64,000 bases of DNA from positions 10,354,001-10,418,000 of the forward strand of contig NC_043018.1 in the NCBI RefSeq assembly GCF_006345805.1, given 5' to 3'. The DNA is from Octopus sinensis (Eukaryota). The translations under genes and the position numbers were made by a program. The notes beneath the pieces are model-generated. The model saw only the letters and a program-made list of their open reading frames with translations, did not search any database and was not told the DNA's origin. Below are positions 27,543 to 39,950 of the stretch, piece by piece (position 1 is the first letter of the stretch; every line of letters starts with the position of its first letter).

Positions 27543-27639
27543 CTTGAGAAGAAAAGAAAAATTTTAATTTTAATCTTAAAAACCATATCATTCTTGAAGA
27601 TTAATTTGTCTTTGTATCTGCAGGTAGATATGGAACACC

Positions 27640-29025
27640 CGAATATACACACACACACACAAATACACATACATACATACATACACACATATACATACAT
27701 ACACGATCATATACACATACACACACACACATATACATACGTACACACATATGTACATAATACATAGATACATATGCACATACATACAAACATACACACA
27801 CAGACATGAATACACACATACATGCATACATACACACATACATACATATACACACACATACATACGTACACACACACATACATACATACATATACATACA
27901 TAATATATAATACATACATACATACATACACACACACTTACATACATACACACACATACATACACGCATACATCTGTACACATACATACATTCATGCATG
28001 CATACACACATACATGCATACACACATGCATACACACTCACACACACATACATATATACACACATACATCTGTACACACATGTGCATACATACATACATA
28101 CATACATGCATGCATACATGCACACTCACACACACATACATACATACACACATACATCCGTACACACAATTGCATACATACATATATGCATATATGCATA
28201 CACACACACACACATACATACATACACACATACATCCGTACACACACATGCATACATACATACCCACTCACACACACATATATATATACATACACATATG
28301 TATCCATACACACACATGCATACATACATACATGCATGTATGCATGCATACATACACACTCGCACACACACATACACATACATACACATACATCCATACA
28401 CACATGCATACATACATACACACTCACACACACACACATACACACATACATCCGTACACACATGCATACATACATACACACTCACTCACACACACATACA
28501 CACATACATCCGTACACACATACATGCATACATACACACTCACACACACATACACACATACATCCGTACACACATGCATTCATACATACACACTCACACA
28601 CACACACATACACACATACATCCGTACACACATGCATACATACATACACACTCACACACACACACATACACACATACATCCGTACACACATACATGCATA
28701 CATACACACTCACACACACATACACACATACATCCGTACACACATGCATTCATACATACACACTCACACACACACACATACACACATACATCCATACACA
28801 CATACATGCATACATACACACTCACACACACATACACACATACATCCGTACACACATGCATACATACATACACATTCACACACACATACACACATACATC
28901 CGTACACACACATGCATACATACATACACACTCACACACACATACATACATACATCCGTACACACACATGCATACATACCCACTCACACACATACATACA
29001 TACACAAATACATACATAGAATAAA
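27640..29025. repeat. CA/CATA compound microsatellite with ~57-bp higher-order periodicity
   Basis: Marker catccgtacac recurs about every 55-60 nt from ~28450 to ~28960. Confidence 0.9.
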
Positions 29026-30249
29026 GTAGCTTCAATGATAAACCTCTCCTGCGAATAGACTCTCCATCTTCCAGAGAGAGATGAAGGAAGATCATTAATT
29101 GAAGAATTCTCTTCGATGCTGACCTTTTCTCATCTTTGTGTATTCCAATCTAACTCAACTTTCTGCGAGTAACTTGTCTTGGCAGCAATGTATAAGGATT
29201 ATGGAAACGTTTCCATGGTAACAAATATTTTTTTTTTTTTAAATCATCAAAAATAGCACTGGTGAAGCTGGTTGTCAGGAGACCACCCAAGATGAAGTCT
29301 CTCCTATCAAGACCACCACCGCTGTGATTTATTGACAAGGTTAATGAGAGACACAGCAGGAGGTTCAAGGTTCAATCTTCAGTCGACCCATGTTTCACAG
29401 ACTTCTTCTCCTTTTCCTTCTTTCTTTTGTTTTTCCATGCTTCCCTTGTTTTTTTTTATTATATTGTTGTTGCTGCTGTTACTGTTGTTGTTGCTAGCAT
29501 TGATACTGCTTTTGAAACTTTGTATCTGACCATAGACTTGAGTGTGAAAAAATATATATACATATATATATGCAAATGTATGCGTATACATGTATATATG
29601 TGTGTGTATATCATCATCATCATCATCATCGTTTAACGTCCGCTTTCCATGCTAGCATGGGTTGGACGGTTCAACTGGGGTCTGGGAAGCCAGAAGGCTG
29701 CGCCAGGCCAGTCAGATCTGGCAGTGTTTCTACAGCTGGATGCCCTTCCTAATGCCAACCACTCCGAGAGTGTAGTGTGTGATTTTATGTGCCACCGACA
29801 CAGGTGCCAGACGAGGCTGGCGAACAGCCACGCTTGGATGGTGTTTTTTATGTGTCACCGACACAGGTGCCAGACGAGGCTGGCAGACGGCCACGATCGG
29901 ATGGTGTTTGTTATGTGCCCACAGCACGGAGGCCAGTCGATGCGGTACTGGCTACGGCCATGTTCGGACGGTTTTCTTGTGTGCCACCGGCACTGGTACC
30001 ATAAAGATACAAATTCCATTGATGTTCATCTATTTTGATTTGGTTTATTTATATATAATATATATTATATAATATATGTTATATAATATATGCGTGTGTA
30101 TGTGTGCGTGTATAATGGGTGATAAAGCGGTTGTAAATATGTGGGTTGAATAATTGGCAAGTGTTGCTAAGAGAGATGAGAATCTTCAAATCCTTCGTCA
30201 GACTGAGTTTGTCCAGAAATAGAAAAGTTGGCAAGAAGAAAGACTGAAA

Positions 30250-30712
30250 ATCAATGTGTATGTGCATATTCATACATACATACACAGACACACACAGACA
30301 CACTCATACATACGTACATACATACACACATGCACACATGCACATACATACATACAAACATACATACATACATACACACACATACATACATACATGCACA
30401 CATACACGCATATATACATACATACATAAATATATACATACATACATACATACATACATACATACATACATACATAAATACATACATACATACATACATA
30501 CATACATACATACATGCACTCATACATACATATATACATACATACATACAAACATACATACATATATATACATGCACACACACGCATACATACATGCACA
30601 CACATATATACATATATATATAAATACATATATACATATATATATACACACACACATACACACACATATATACATGCATATATACATATATGTATACATA
30701 CACACACATATA

Positions 30713-30746
<34 letters not shown>

Positions 30747-31034
30747 CATACACATGCATTCATACATACAGAGATATACATACACATATACACATACATG
30801 CACACAAACATATATACAGATATACATACATATACATGCATACATACACACAAACACATACATACACACACATACCTACCTACATGTATACATACACACA
30901 TACATACATACATACATACACATACATACATATGTTCATACATACATACATACATACATACATATGTACATACATACGTACATACAAACATACACACATA
31001 CATACATACATACGTACATACATACATACATACA

Positions 31035-31065
<31 letters not shown>

Positions 31066-31797
31066 GCACACTTATTGAATATTGGTGGAACACTTGCTTA
31101 AAAGCTTCTGCCAAGTGCAAACATAACAGGCCAGATATTGTTATTTGGGACAGACAAGACAAAATACAAACTGCCATAGAGCTCAGCTGCCTTGCCAACG
31201 CAAATATCTCTTGAAAAAACCAAGAGATAAAGGATAACCATGTACAACTGTTCCGAAACCTCCTGTTTCTGCACCCAGGTTATAAATTTATGTCTATGCC
31301 ATACTTTTAGAAAAAGAAATCAACCAGCTGACATACAGTCTGTAAGCGGAACAGTAAAAATATGCAAGACTTTTCTCAAGTTTAAAATGTGACTTTGTTC
31401 TTGTTATCTACATTACGACGATGGAGGTTTGTATTTTTTGTTAGGTACCAGCTCCTTCCTTGCAGGAAGACTAAATAATTAAAAGTAGAAGAGAACATGT
31501 GTGTGTGTGTGTAAATGTGTGTGTATACATGTATATCTATGCATATATCTGTCCAAATTATGCCAGTTGTCTAACTCATGCCAGCATGGAAAAACAGACG
31601 TCAAAGGATGATGGTGGCGGTGGTGGTGGCAGCGGTGGTGGTGGTGATGGTGGCGGCGGCGGTGGTGGTGGTGGTGGCGGTGGCGGTGGTGGTGGTGGTG
31701 GTAGTGGTGAAGAGGAGGAGGAGGAGGAGGGGGAGGTTGATAATAATGAGGATGATGATGGTGATGGTGATGGTGGTGGTGGTGGTCATGATGATGT

Positions 31798-31829
<32 letters not shown>

Positions 31830-32228
31830 GTGATGTTGGTGGTGGTGCTGCTGCTGCTGATATGTTTCTCTGGAAACATATACGGATGTTGTAAGCCTCA
31901 GCTGGAGCAACCTGTTCTAGGTTGGAGCAAAAGCATGAGAGGTGAAGTGATTCCATGTAAGACATGCAAAACTAGACTAGCACCAAATTTATATTAAAAT
32001 AATTCCTCACATTATACTCATAAGCTTGATTCATCATCTTCGCCATTATCACCACCACCGACACCACCACCACCACCACCATCACCACTACAACCACCAC
32101 CACAATCACCACCACCACGACCACCACCACAACGACCACCACGACTATCACGACGACCACGTCGACCACCACTACCACCATCATCATCTTCATCATCATC
32201 ATAATCATCATCATCATCATCATCATCT
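30250..32228. repeat. (CATA)n, (GGT/GAT)n and (ACC/CAT)n microsatellite blocks flanking short unique segments
   Basis: Direct reading. Confidence 0.9.
31085..31340 (+). mobile_element. R4/Dong-like restriction-like endonuclease fragment
   Basis: KHNRPDIVIWDRQDK..IELSC..ANIS motif. Confidence 0.7.
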
Positions 32229-32369
32229 ATTTGATATTAGAATTTCAAAAACTGTGACAGCAAATGGAAAAAAAATCTGTCTTCTACTATAGCCCCAAGT
32301 CAACCAATGCTTTGTGAGTGAATTTGATAGATGGAAATAAAAATTGTGTGGAAGCCCACTGGTTATAGA

Positions 32370-33050
32370 CAGGGTGTGGTGAATATATTGTCGTCTAAAT
32401 TACACAAAAATGAAAATAACACTGACAACTTGTTTTAGCAGATATTTTTACCAAAATTACATAAAAATATCTTGAAATACTAAAAAGTAAATTTATTCCA
32501 TAAAATCGCTATTGGCTTCAACCACGGCCTCCAGACGACTTTTGGAATCTCCTGCAACTCTTCTGCATGATCTCCTCTTTAAGTTGGTGAATGCTGCCAT
32601 AATCCTTGCCTTCAGTTCATCTTTGGTGTTACAAGGAGTTTTGGTGGTCTTTAGTTCAACTGCATCCCACACATAATAATCAAGGGGGTTGCAGTCTGGG
32701 GAGTTAGGTGGCCAGGTATTAGGGGTGATGTGGTGGCAGAAATTGTCTGACAGCCATGACTGTATTCTCCAGCTTGTGTGGGCATGGTGCAGAGTCCTGT
32801 TGCCAGACACAGGGTTTTCCAGCAGCCACCCTCTTGACCCAGGGCAACACTACCTCCTCCAGGCACTTGATGTAGGTCCCTTTGTTGAGTGTGAGGCCAT
32901 GTGGGAAGATGAATGGAGGCATAACGTCACCATCACTCATGATCACTCCAAACACCATGATGTTGACTGGATGTTTGATTTTCATCACTCTCAGCACATG
33001 TCCTCAGATTGACATCCAAACACTCTGAAATGTTCATACTGGAGCTCTCT
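32370..33050 (-). mobile_element. maT-type (DD37D) transposase relic
   Basis: MVFGVIMSDGDVMPPFIF..WQQDSAPCH (1-nt frameshift) ..WPPNSPDCNPLDYYVW. I count 37 residues between the last two Asp once the frameshift is corrected. Confidence 0.8.
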
Positions 33051-33064
33051 AACCCATCTCGAGA

Positions 33065-33344
33065 CACTACAAGCACGTGTTTCGAAGAAAGCCGACAGAA
33101 ATTTCTAAAAAATCCCGGTAGAGAGTTTCTATTTTGGATATATTTGGGTTACTTAATTGTGCTCATGACTTAGTGTTCGCTTCTTCCATGGGTATAAGTA
33201 AGTGTTTCACTTATTTCTTTGCCGCACTTATCACTGATGAAGGGAAGGTTCTTATGAACTAACTCTGAAATCGGGTCCTATATGGTAATAGTGAGAATTT
33301 TTAGAAATTTCTGTCGGCTTTCTTCGAAACGCGTGCTTGTAGTG
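33065..33344. repeat. 47-bp inverted repeat (33065-33111 / 33298-33344) with CTGATGA..GAAAC remnants
   Basis: cactacaagcacgtgtttcgaagaaagccgacagaaatttctaaaaa and its reverse complement. Confidence 0.85.
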
Positions 33345-33505
33345 ATAAATTACATGGTTATTGATGCTGTGTCTATTTTCGGCATATTTTGGCATTAGAA
33401 ATTTTTTCTTTTGCCCTTACTTATAAATTGCTTATAAATTTAACCTTTAAAGGTAATTTTTTAATATGCTGGAATCTTTTTTTTCAAAAAATTCTATCCT
33501 ATATT

Positions 33506-33549
<44 letters not shown>

Positions 33550-33592
33550 ATGTATATATATATTTATACATATACATACGTACATATATATG

Positions 33593-33641
<49 letters not shown>

Positions 33642-33856
33642 ATATATATATATATATATAACAAAATTAGAGAATGGAGAAATATACTTAAATCAGTAAA
33701 ACATCAACTATCCGATGATACTCAATCCATACTTTAATACACCATTACATATGAGTAAAGGCAATACATAAAATGAAATGAGATATACAGTAATAGTAAA
33801 AAGGTAAAGAGATATAAGTAAAAAATTTTCAAATATAATATGCAAATAAATCAAAA

Positions 33857-33966
33857 CTGACAGCTGTTTCGGCAGTGAGGACAGTCATACCTCATTTAAC
33901 CTATAAGCCATAAAGGCAGGTATAAATGAGGCATTAACAAGGATGCCCCACGGCCTCTTCAGAGAA
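33857..33966 (-). ncRNA. Hammerhead ribozyme motif downstream of the Penelope ORF
   Basis: CTGAAGA-ggc...gcc-GAAAC-agct-GTC-ag on the minus strand. Stem II is long and branched (cctcattta/taaatgagg; ggcat/atgcc); stem I is weak. Confidence 0.65.
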
Positions 33967-34323
33967 TTAAATTAAATTTGTTATAATAGTGAAAAATATT
34001 ATACAATCATATACATATAAATATAAAATATAAAAATGTAAAATATAAAAACTTATACATCATAAAGCTACACTTATATAATATAATACACATTTGTACA
34101 AAAAAGGAAGGTAAACAGAACAAAATAAAACAAAATATATAATAGTGTATATATTAATATCAATAAGTACCGATATTATACATATTTGGCTAATAGTTTT
34201 TTTTATATATATAAAAAAAAAGGCTAACATATATGGAGATGAAAAATAATAATTAAATCCGTGGTACAGTTCATAAGATTCTAAAGCTATAAAAGTTAAT
34301 AAAAATTACTATTAATAATAATA

Positions 34324-34361
<38 letters not shown>

Positions 34362-36077
34362 TATAATAAAAAATAGATACAGTTAAGTTAGCACCAAGTC
34401 CATCCTTACAAGATCGAAATAACTATGAGTTAAGAAATGCTGACCACTAGGTAAAGAAAATATAGATTAATTCGATTGGCTATTGGTTTGAAATTTAAAT
34501 CACAAAAGAAAATTATACGGTTGGTTAGTCAGGGAACGCCAATATTCACACACGCATCTACAGATCAATCGCACATACACACATAGTTATATGTATATAC
34601 ATACATTTATACACATACATAATTACAAGCAACAACTAGCACATAGATAAACAAAAAGGGAAGCAACTATGCTACAATTTAGTCCTTCAAAATTATAATA
34701 TGCCTCAATAACAAAAGAAGAACCATTCATGCATTCCATAAAATATTTAATTTAGATATAAATATATTTTTAAATATCAATATGTTACTAAGTCAGATAC
34801 TTATTTCATGGGTAACTTAAAATTTATAACACCGGTTTGTTGCAGAGTAAACATACGGTTGTTAGATTTATCGTAAGTTTGTTATGGTTTTAAGTACGCT
34901 AAAATATAAAATATAAAATATAAAATATATATTAATTTAAATATTATAAATAAGTCACTTATTAACTTAATAAATATAGTGCCATAATATACCAGTTTAG
35001 GCATTAAAGAATAGAAGGGGAAGTATTAATGTGAACGCTTATGAAAACATCACAAAAATTTTAAATAAATTTTATATTATAAAGACTTAAGATGAAAAGA
35101 GATAAAATAAATAAGAAGGAATAAATACGAAGGAATAAATACGGTTATACACATAATTATAAGTACAAACCAGTATATATGTATTCATATATTATTAAAA
35201 ATTAAATAAAAATAAATGATAGATATGTATGTATAAAACTACCCCAGTATAAGTAAATAAGTAAAAAATAAATAGGTAGCAAATTAGATGACTTGATATG
35301 TATGTAAACATCTACACTTAAATAGGCAAATAAATAAATAAATAGAAGACTAGATGCAAAAATTGATAATATTACAATAAAATGGAAAATAAATAAAAAA
35401 TAATAAATAGAGTGAATATATATGTTATATTGTTGAAAGTAAATATGTATGGAAGGATAGTTTAAAGTACAGATCCAGAAGACTATAGATATAACTAAAT
35501 ATATGAGGCTGGTAATAATTATAAAGCATAATGCATGTAAATGAGAAAATGAAAAAAATGAAAAAGGTTTATCAGTGAATATCATAAGATACAAATTAAG
35601 GTGAGTACAAAAAGACCAAATATACAATAAAAACCTTCCAAATAAACACATACAAAAAACCTATAATCTCAACCTAAACCCACCAAACTCACAAAAGGCT
35701 CTCATATATTACATATTATACAATATCATTACATTATCCAGAGCTAGGTATCTACCCAAGATATATATATATACTATGCAATATACTATGCAATATTGGA
35801 AAACTTCAAAAATCACACATTACAAGGCAAGTACCAAAATGAATATGTTATTTTATGTCATATTGCAATTCTCTTAAAAAACAAACAAAAACCCACATAC
35901 AAAAAACAAGAAACCAATAATACTAGACACATCCATTAATTATTATACAAATGTAGCTATAAAAATTATAAAATTATAAAATATATAAATTGTATACTTT
36001 AGAAATTATAGAAGACCACAGGTATATTTAGTTAAAGAAGGGAGTTAAAAAATTAATAATAGTGGAAGTACTAAGTT

Positions 36078-38230
36078 CTATTTGAATCTAGAAAAGGTGA
36101 ACGGTAGCCTATGAATACAAAAGAAGTTTTTTTCATTAATGTTGTTAATAATTTGCCGACCCGCTTTAATAATGAAGAAAATTTCATTAATACATAGAGA
36201 GCATTTTTTATTTTTTTCATTATACACAGGTGCTGAAGTTAGTATTTTCCAGTTTAATCTAAAATCTAAGTTCTTATTTTTAAGCTCCCAAATGTATGCA
36301 CTTAGCCCTGTAGAGTACATTCTATTTTTATTCCTAAAAGTATATCTGTGATAATTCCATCTTTGTTTTATGCTATTCATAGTTGCCCCGATATACACCC
36401 TACTACTCAATTGTGTATCTACAGTGCATTGGTAAACTACCTCCTTCCTGAGGCATTGATTACCAAATACACATTTATTTTTATTTCTGAAATTACAAAG
36501 ATTAACAGAATGAGGAAATCTAAAATTGGACAACACCCCTATACTACTATTCACATTATAAGTGTTACAATTGTTATCATCATCCAAACCCAAAATCAAC
36601 GAATGAGTTAATTTCACATTATCGGCTATATTCCTATCACTAGTACTAGTATTGGTAGTAGTAGTATGATCTATTTCATTTATATTATCTCTGACAGGTA
36701 TGGTGCACTCATTATTAGTAAGGAGGTTGTTCCCATTTGTTCTAAGAAAGTTTCTATTCCTATTATTAATGAAGAGGGGCAAGTTTACCTGGTCTAAATT
36801 CAATTTTCTATCCTTATAGAAGTGATCCAGTTTCTTGTTATTAAAAGAGGAGATAATGGTGGCTAGATTATGAGTAATGCTATATCCCACTCTAACAGTA
36901 CCGTTGTTAATTAAAGGACTAAATTTATTCTTATCCTTACCAAAATGCCTAAAAATAACATTATGCAAAGCTCTCACTATGTTTGTTTTAATCTGCATTG
37001 CATATGGGATAATCAACCAAAGAGTATCCTTATCAGAATTAGGATTGCCTATAGAATTAATGTTATTTGTAAAAATCCTATTCGTAGACCAACTCATAGG
37101 ATTACTATTCTTACCACTGTCATTGTTATATTTATCTATATCAATATTACCATGGTTATTGCGCAAGTAAACTTTACCATTATCATGTCTACCATAAGTT
37201 TTAATTCGTATATTATTATTAATATTCCTACTATTACCCGTATGTTTAGATCTATTTGAGCTACCGTTCACCTTTCCAAGGTTAACATCACTTCTACATT
37301 TATTATAGGTGTTATCATATATTCCATTTTTACAATTCTTATGTATATTGTTGATTATCCTAAATCTATTTGTGTTGTTCCTGATAGTTCTACCTCCATT
37401 AGGGGGGTTCCCCTTAGGTATAAACCAAATCTTACTTTTATATCCTGCCTTAAGCAATGCTGCATTGTATCTATCACAGTGTTTGTTAAAAATTTCCTCG
37501 TTTGAGGATAAACTAGAAATTCTCTGACTAATGCTCCTCACTAGTGCATTTTTAATTTGAGGGGGGTGATTACTTGAACGGTTAATGTATATTAGGTTAG
37601 AATTAGGTTTAATATAGGGTTCATGTAAACCATTAGTAATATTACAATTAACATCTAAATAATTAGCAGAATAATTTTCACTTTCAATGATAATGGATAG
37701 GCCGAAGCTTTTAAAAAAATTTATTTATTCTTTTTTTCAGAAGATCTAATCTCCTATTTGATGTATTCCTAACACAAAATAAGGCGTCATCCCTGTATAA
37801 TCCACCTTTTAATTCAGGGAATTCCCTACTAAAGTTATCTAATAGATACATCCCAACTAGATCAGTCACCTCCGCTGAGTCCGGCGATCCCATTGTGATA
37901 TCGAACAAGTTGGGTGTGTCCTTTCTAGCCCAAAGTTTATTATCAAACTCTATTAAAGTTTTCCTGGCTGTTAGTATAACCTTAATCCCCCATACTTAAT
38001 TTAGTGTGTTTTCTAGCAAAAATTAAGGACTTATTTAATATAATAGGGTTAATGGAAGTGTAATAATTCTGTATATCGAATTGTATAAATTTATTTCTAT
38101 TATAGCTAAAGTTGTTACTGTCACAGACCTTAATGGCAGAAAACCAATCCAAAGCACCCTGAGTATTCTTCCAAAGGTTTAGTTTGATTTTATTGCGGAT
38201 GGTGGGTATATATATATATTGAGACCCCCT
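36078..38230 (-). pseudogene. Penelope-like element pol (reverse transcriptase plus GIY-YIG endonuclease), frameshifted
   Basis: PLE RT motifs FIQFDIQNYYTSI, FDITMGSPDSAEV, GGLYRDD and YIKPNSNLIYINRSSNHPP; C-terminal GIY-YIG (VVYQC..RVYIGAT..KQRWNYH..LSAYIWELK..WKIL..CSLCINE). Two frameshifts, near 37715 and 37985. Confidence 0.92.
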
Positions 38231-38581
38231 ATGACTATAGGATCGCACCTAGAAAGTTACCCTCCGAGGCACAAGTCTTGGCAAGGTTGTTTATGGAAAA
38301 CCAGCAGTCGCCCATGCATACCGGCCTCCATGCCACCAGTGTTATCCAAGGGAAAAGCAAAGACCAATACAGCTTGGCACCTGTGATGTCGCAACTCATT
38401 TCTACAGCTGAGTGAACAGGAGAAATGTGAAATAAAGTGTCTTGCTCAAGAACACAACACGCAGCCCCAGTCCGGGAATTAAACTCACCACCTCATCATC
38501 ATAAGCTTGATGCCCTAACCACTTAGCCATGCACCTTCAATATATATATATATTAAATGTACAGGTGATGCTATGCTCACA

Positions 38582-38618
<37 letters not shown>

Positions 38619-39522
38619 CATACAGAAGCAAATAAGTAACAAGGGTGTCCTGTTATTAGTGCATTATGGCCATTTCAAACAGCTCCATTTAATCAATCAA
38701 ATCAATATATAATTCCATACACTAGAGGGTATGTTATGAAAGATATGACACCCCAGATAATTCCTTCTACCAAATTATAGTATAATGAGTATAATATTAT
38801 TTGTTTCCAAAATGTTTAAATGTACAGGTGATGCTATGCTCACAAGATACCCTAAGGTCTAATCTATTATAAATTAGGTTATTCTTATCTGCATACTTAA
38901 AAATATAAATTTCTGTAGAACATAGAACCTTTTTATATCCTTTAAGATTTTTTATAATGTTGAAATTTTTTTTATATAATTATATTTTTTCAAGGTTTTT
39001 AAATTAGTTTATCTGTTACAGAATTGATTATCTTATTTTTTGCCCTTAATCTTTTTTTCAGTCAATAGAAAATGTGTACCCCTTCTCGGAAGGAATCTGA
39101 ATTTAATTATGGCTTCAATGTTGAATAATTATACAAGGGCCACCTTAACAGTATGCTAGGATGAAACATTATAAGGTTTCTATTTTATATAGAAGTACCC
39201 CACTTTTTAGGGCTTAGATTGGTTTATCTATCCTTCTCATCTTACTTGGTCCTTAAATCCCTTTCTAAATTTTATTATTTGATAAACAAAATATAATCTA
39301 TAATATTAATATATAAATTTTGCTAATTTTGGTTATACAATTTTTCCCCTGTACCCTTAATGCCCACTTGGATCTCACTGTGAACTTCCTTGTTTTTAAG
39401 TCAGCTCTGCCCTTCTGCCTTTGGTGAGATACCATTATCTTACTGGCATCTTCTGAGACATGTTCTTTTACATAGTCATGTCGAATTTATAGCCACTCTG
39501 GCTAATCCAGAGTGGCTTTATA

Positions 39523-39950
39523 GGTGCAGGAGTGGCTGTGTGGTAAGTAGCTTGCTTACCAACCACATGGTTCAGGGTTCAGTCCCACTGCGTGGCACCT
39601 TGGGCAAGTGTCTTCTACTATAGCCTCGGGCCGACCAAAGCCTTGTGAGTGGATTTGGTAGACGGAAACTGAAAGAAGCCCGTCGTATATATGTATATAT
39701 ATATATGTGTGTGTGTGTATGTTTGTGTGTCCTTGTTTGTCCCCCTAGCATTGCTTGACAACCGATGCTGGTGTGTTTATGTCACTTAGCGGTTCGGCAA
39801 AAGAGACCGATAGAATAAGTACTGGGCTTGCAAAGAATAAGTCCCGGGGTCGAGTTGCTCGACTAAAGGCGGTGCTCCAGCATGGCTGCAGTCAAATGAC
39901 TGAAACAAGTAAAAGAGTAAAAGAGAGAGAGAGTAAAGAGAGAGTAAATT
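39523..39950 (+). mobile_element. SINE family A (tRNA-like head, internal TA/TG microsatellite), full copy
   Basis: Head ggtgcaggagtggctgtgtggtaag..ggttcagtccc. Other copies: 431-590(+), 598-990(-), 1540-1770(+), 27090-27385(+), 42811-43255(+), 44715-44940(-), 45905-46090(-), 46649-47048(+), 47400-47585(+), 52226-52610(-), 54410-54832(-). Confidence 0.9.

Larger units (their letters stand above)
33350..39380 (-). mobile_element. Penelope-like retroelement (approximate extent) in intron 1 of the Cys-rich gene
   Basis: pol ORF, long AT-rich 3' region with a hammerhead motif, and a degenerate upstream ADKNNLIY-like stretch near 38870. Interrupted by a SINE at ~38235-38546. Boundaries uncertain. 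Confidence 0.6.

Noticed and set aside
29025-29340. Unique-looking island in intron 1 as a possible additional exon
   Set aside because: No frame gives a phase 1-1 open exon with a credible acceptor, and there is no Cys module similarity.
27588-31214. Long ORFs of 150-400 aa rich in H/T/Y/I or C/V/M/Y (also at 2-3 kb, 9.6-10.6 kb, 45 kb, 51 kb, 56-57 kb and 60-61 kb)
   Set aside because: Translations of CA/TA/CATA microsatellites, open in several frames on both strands.
31860-32000. Cys-containing ORF tail ICFSGNIYGCCKP..CKTCK
   Set aside because: Short island between microsatellites with no start or splice support.
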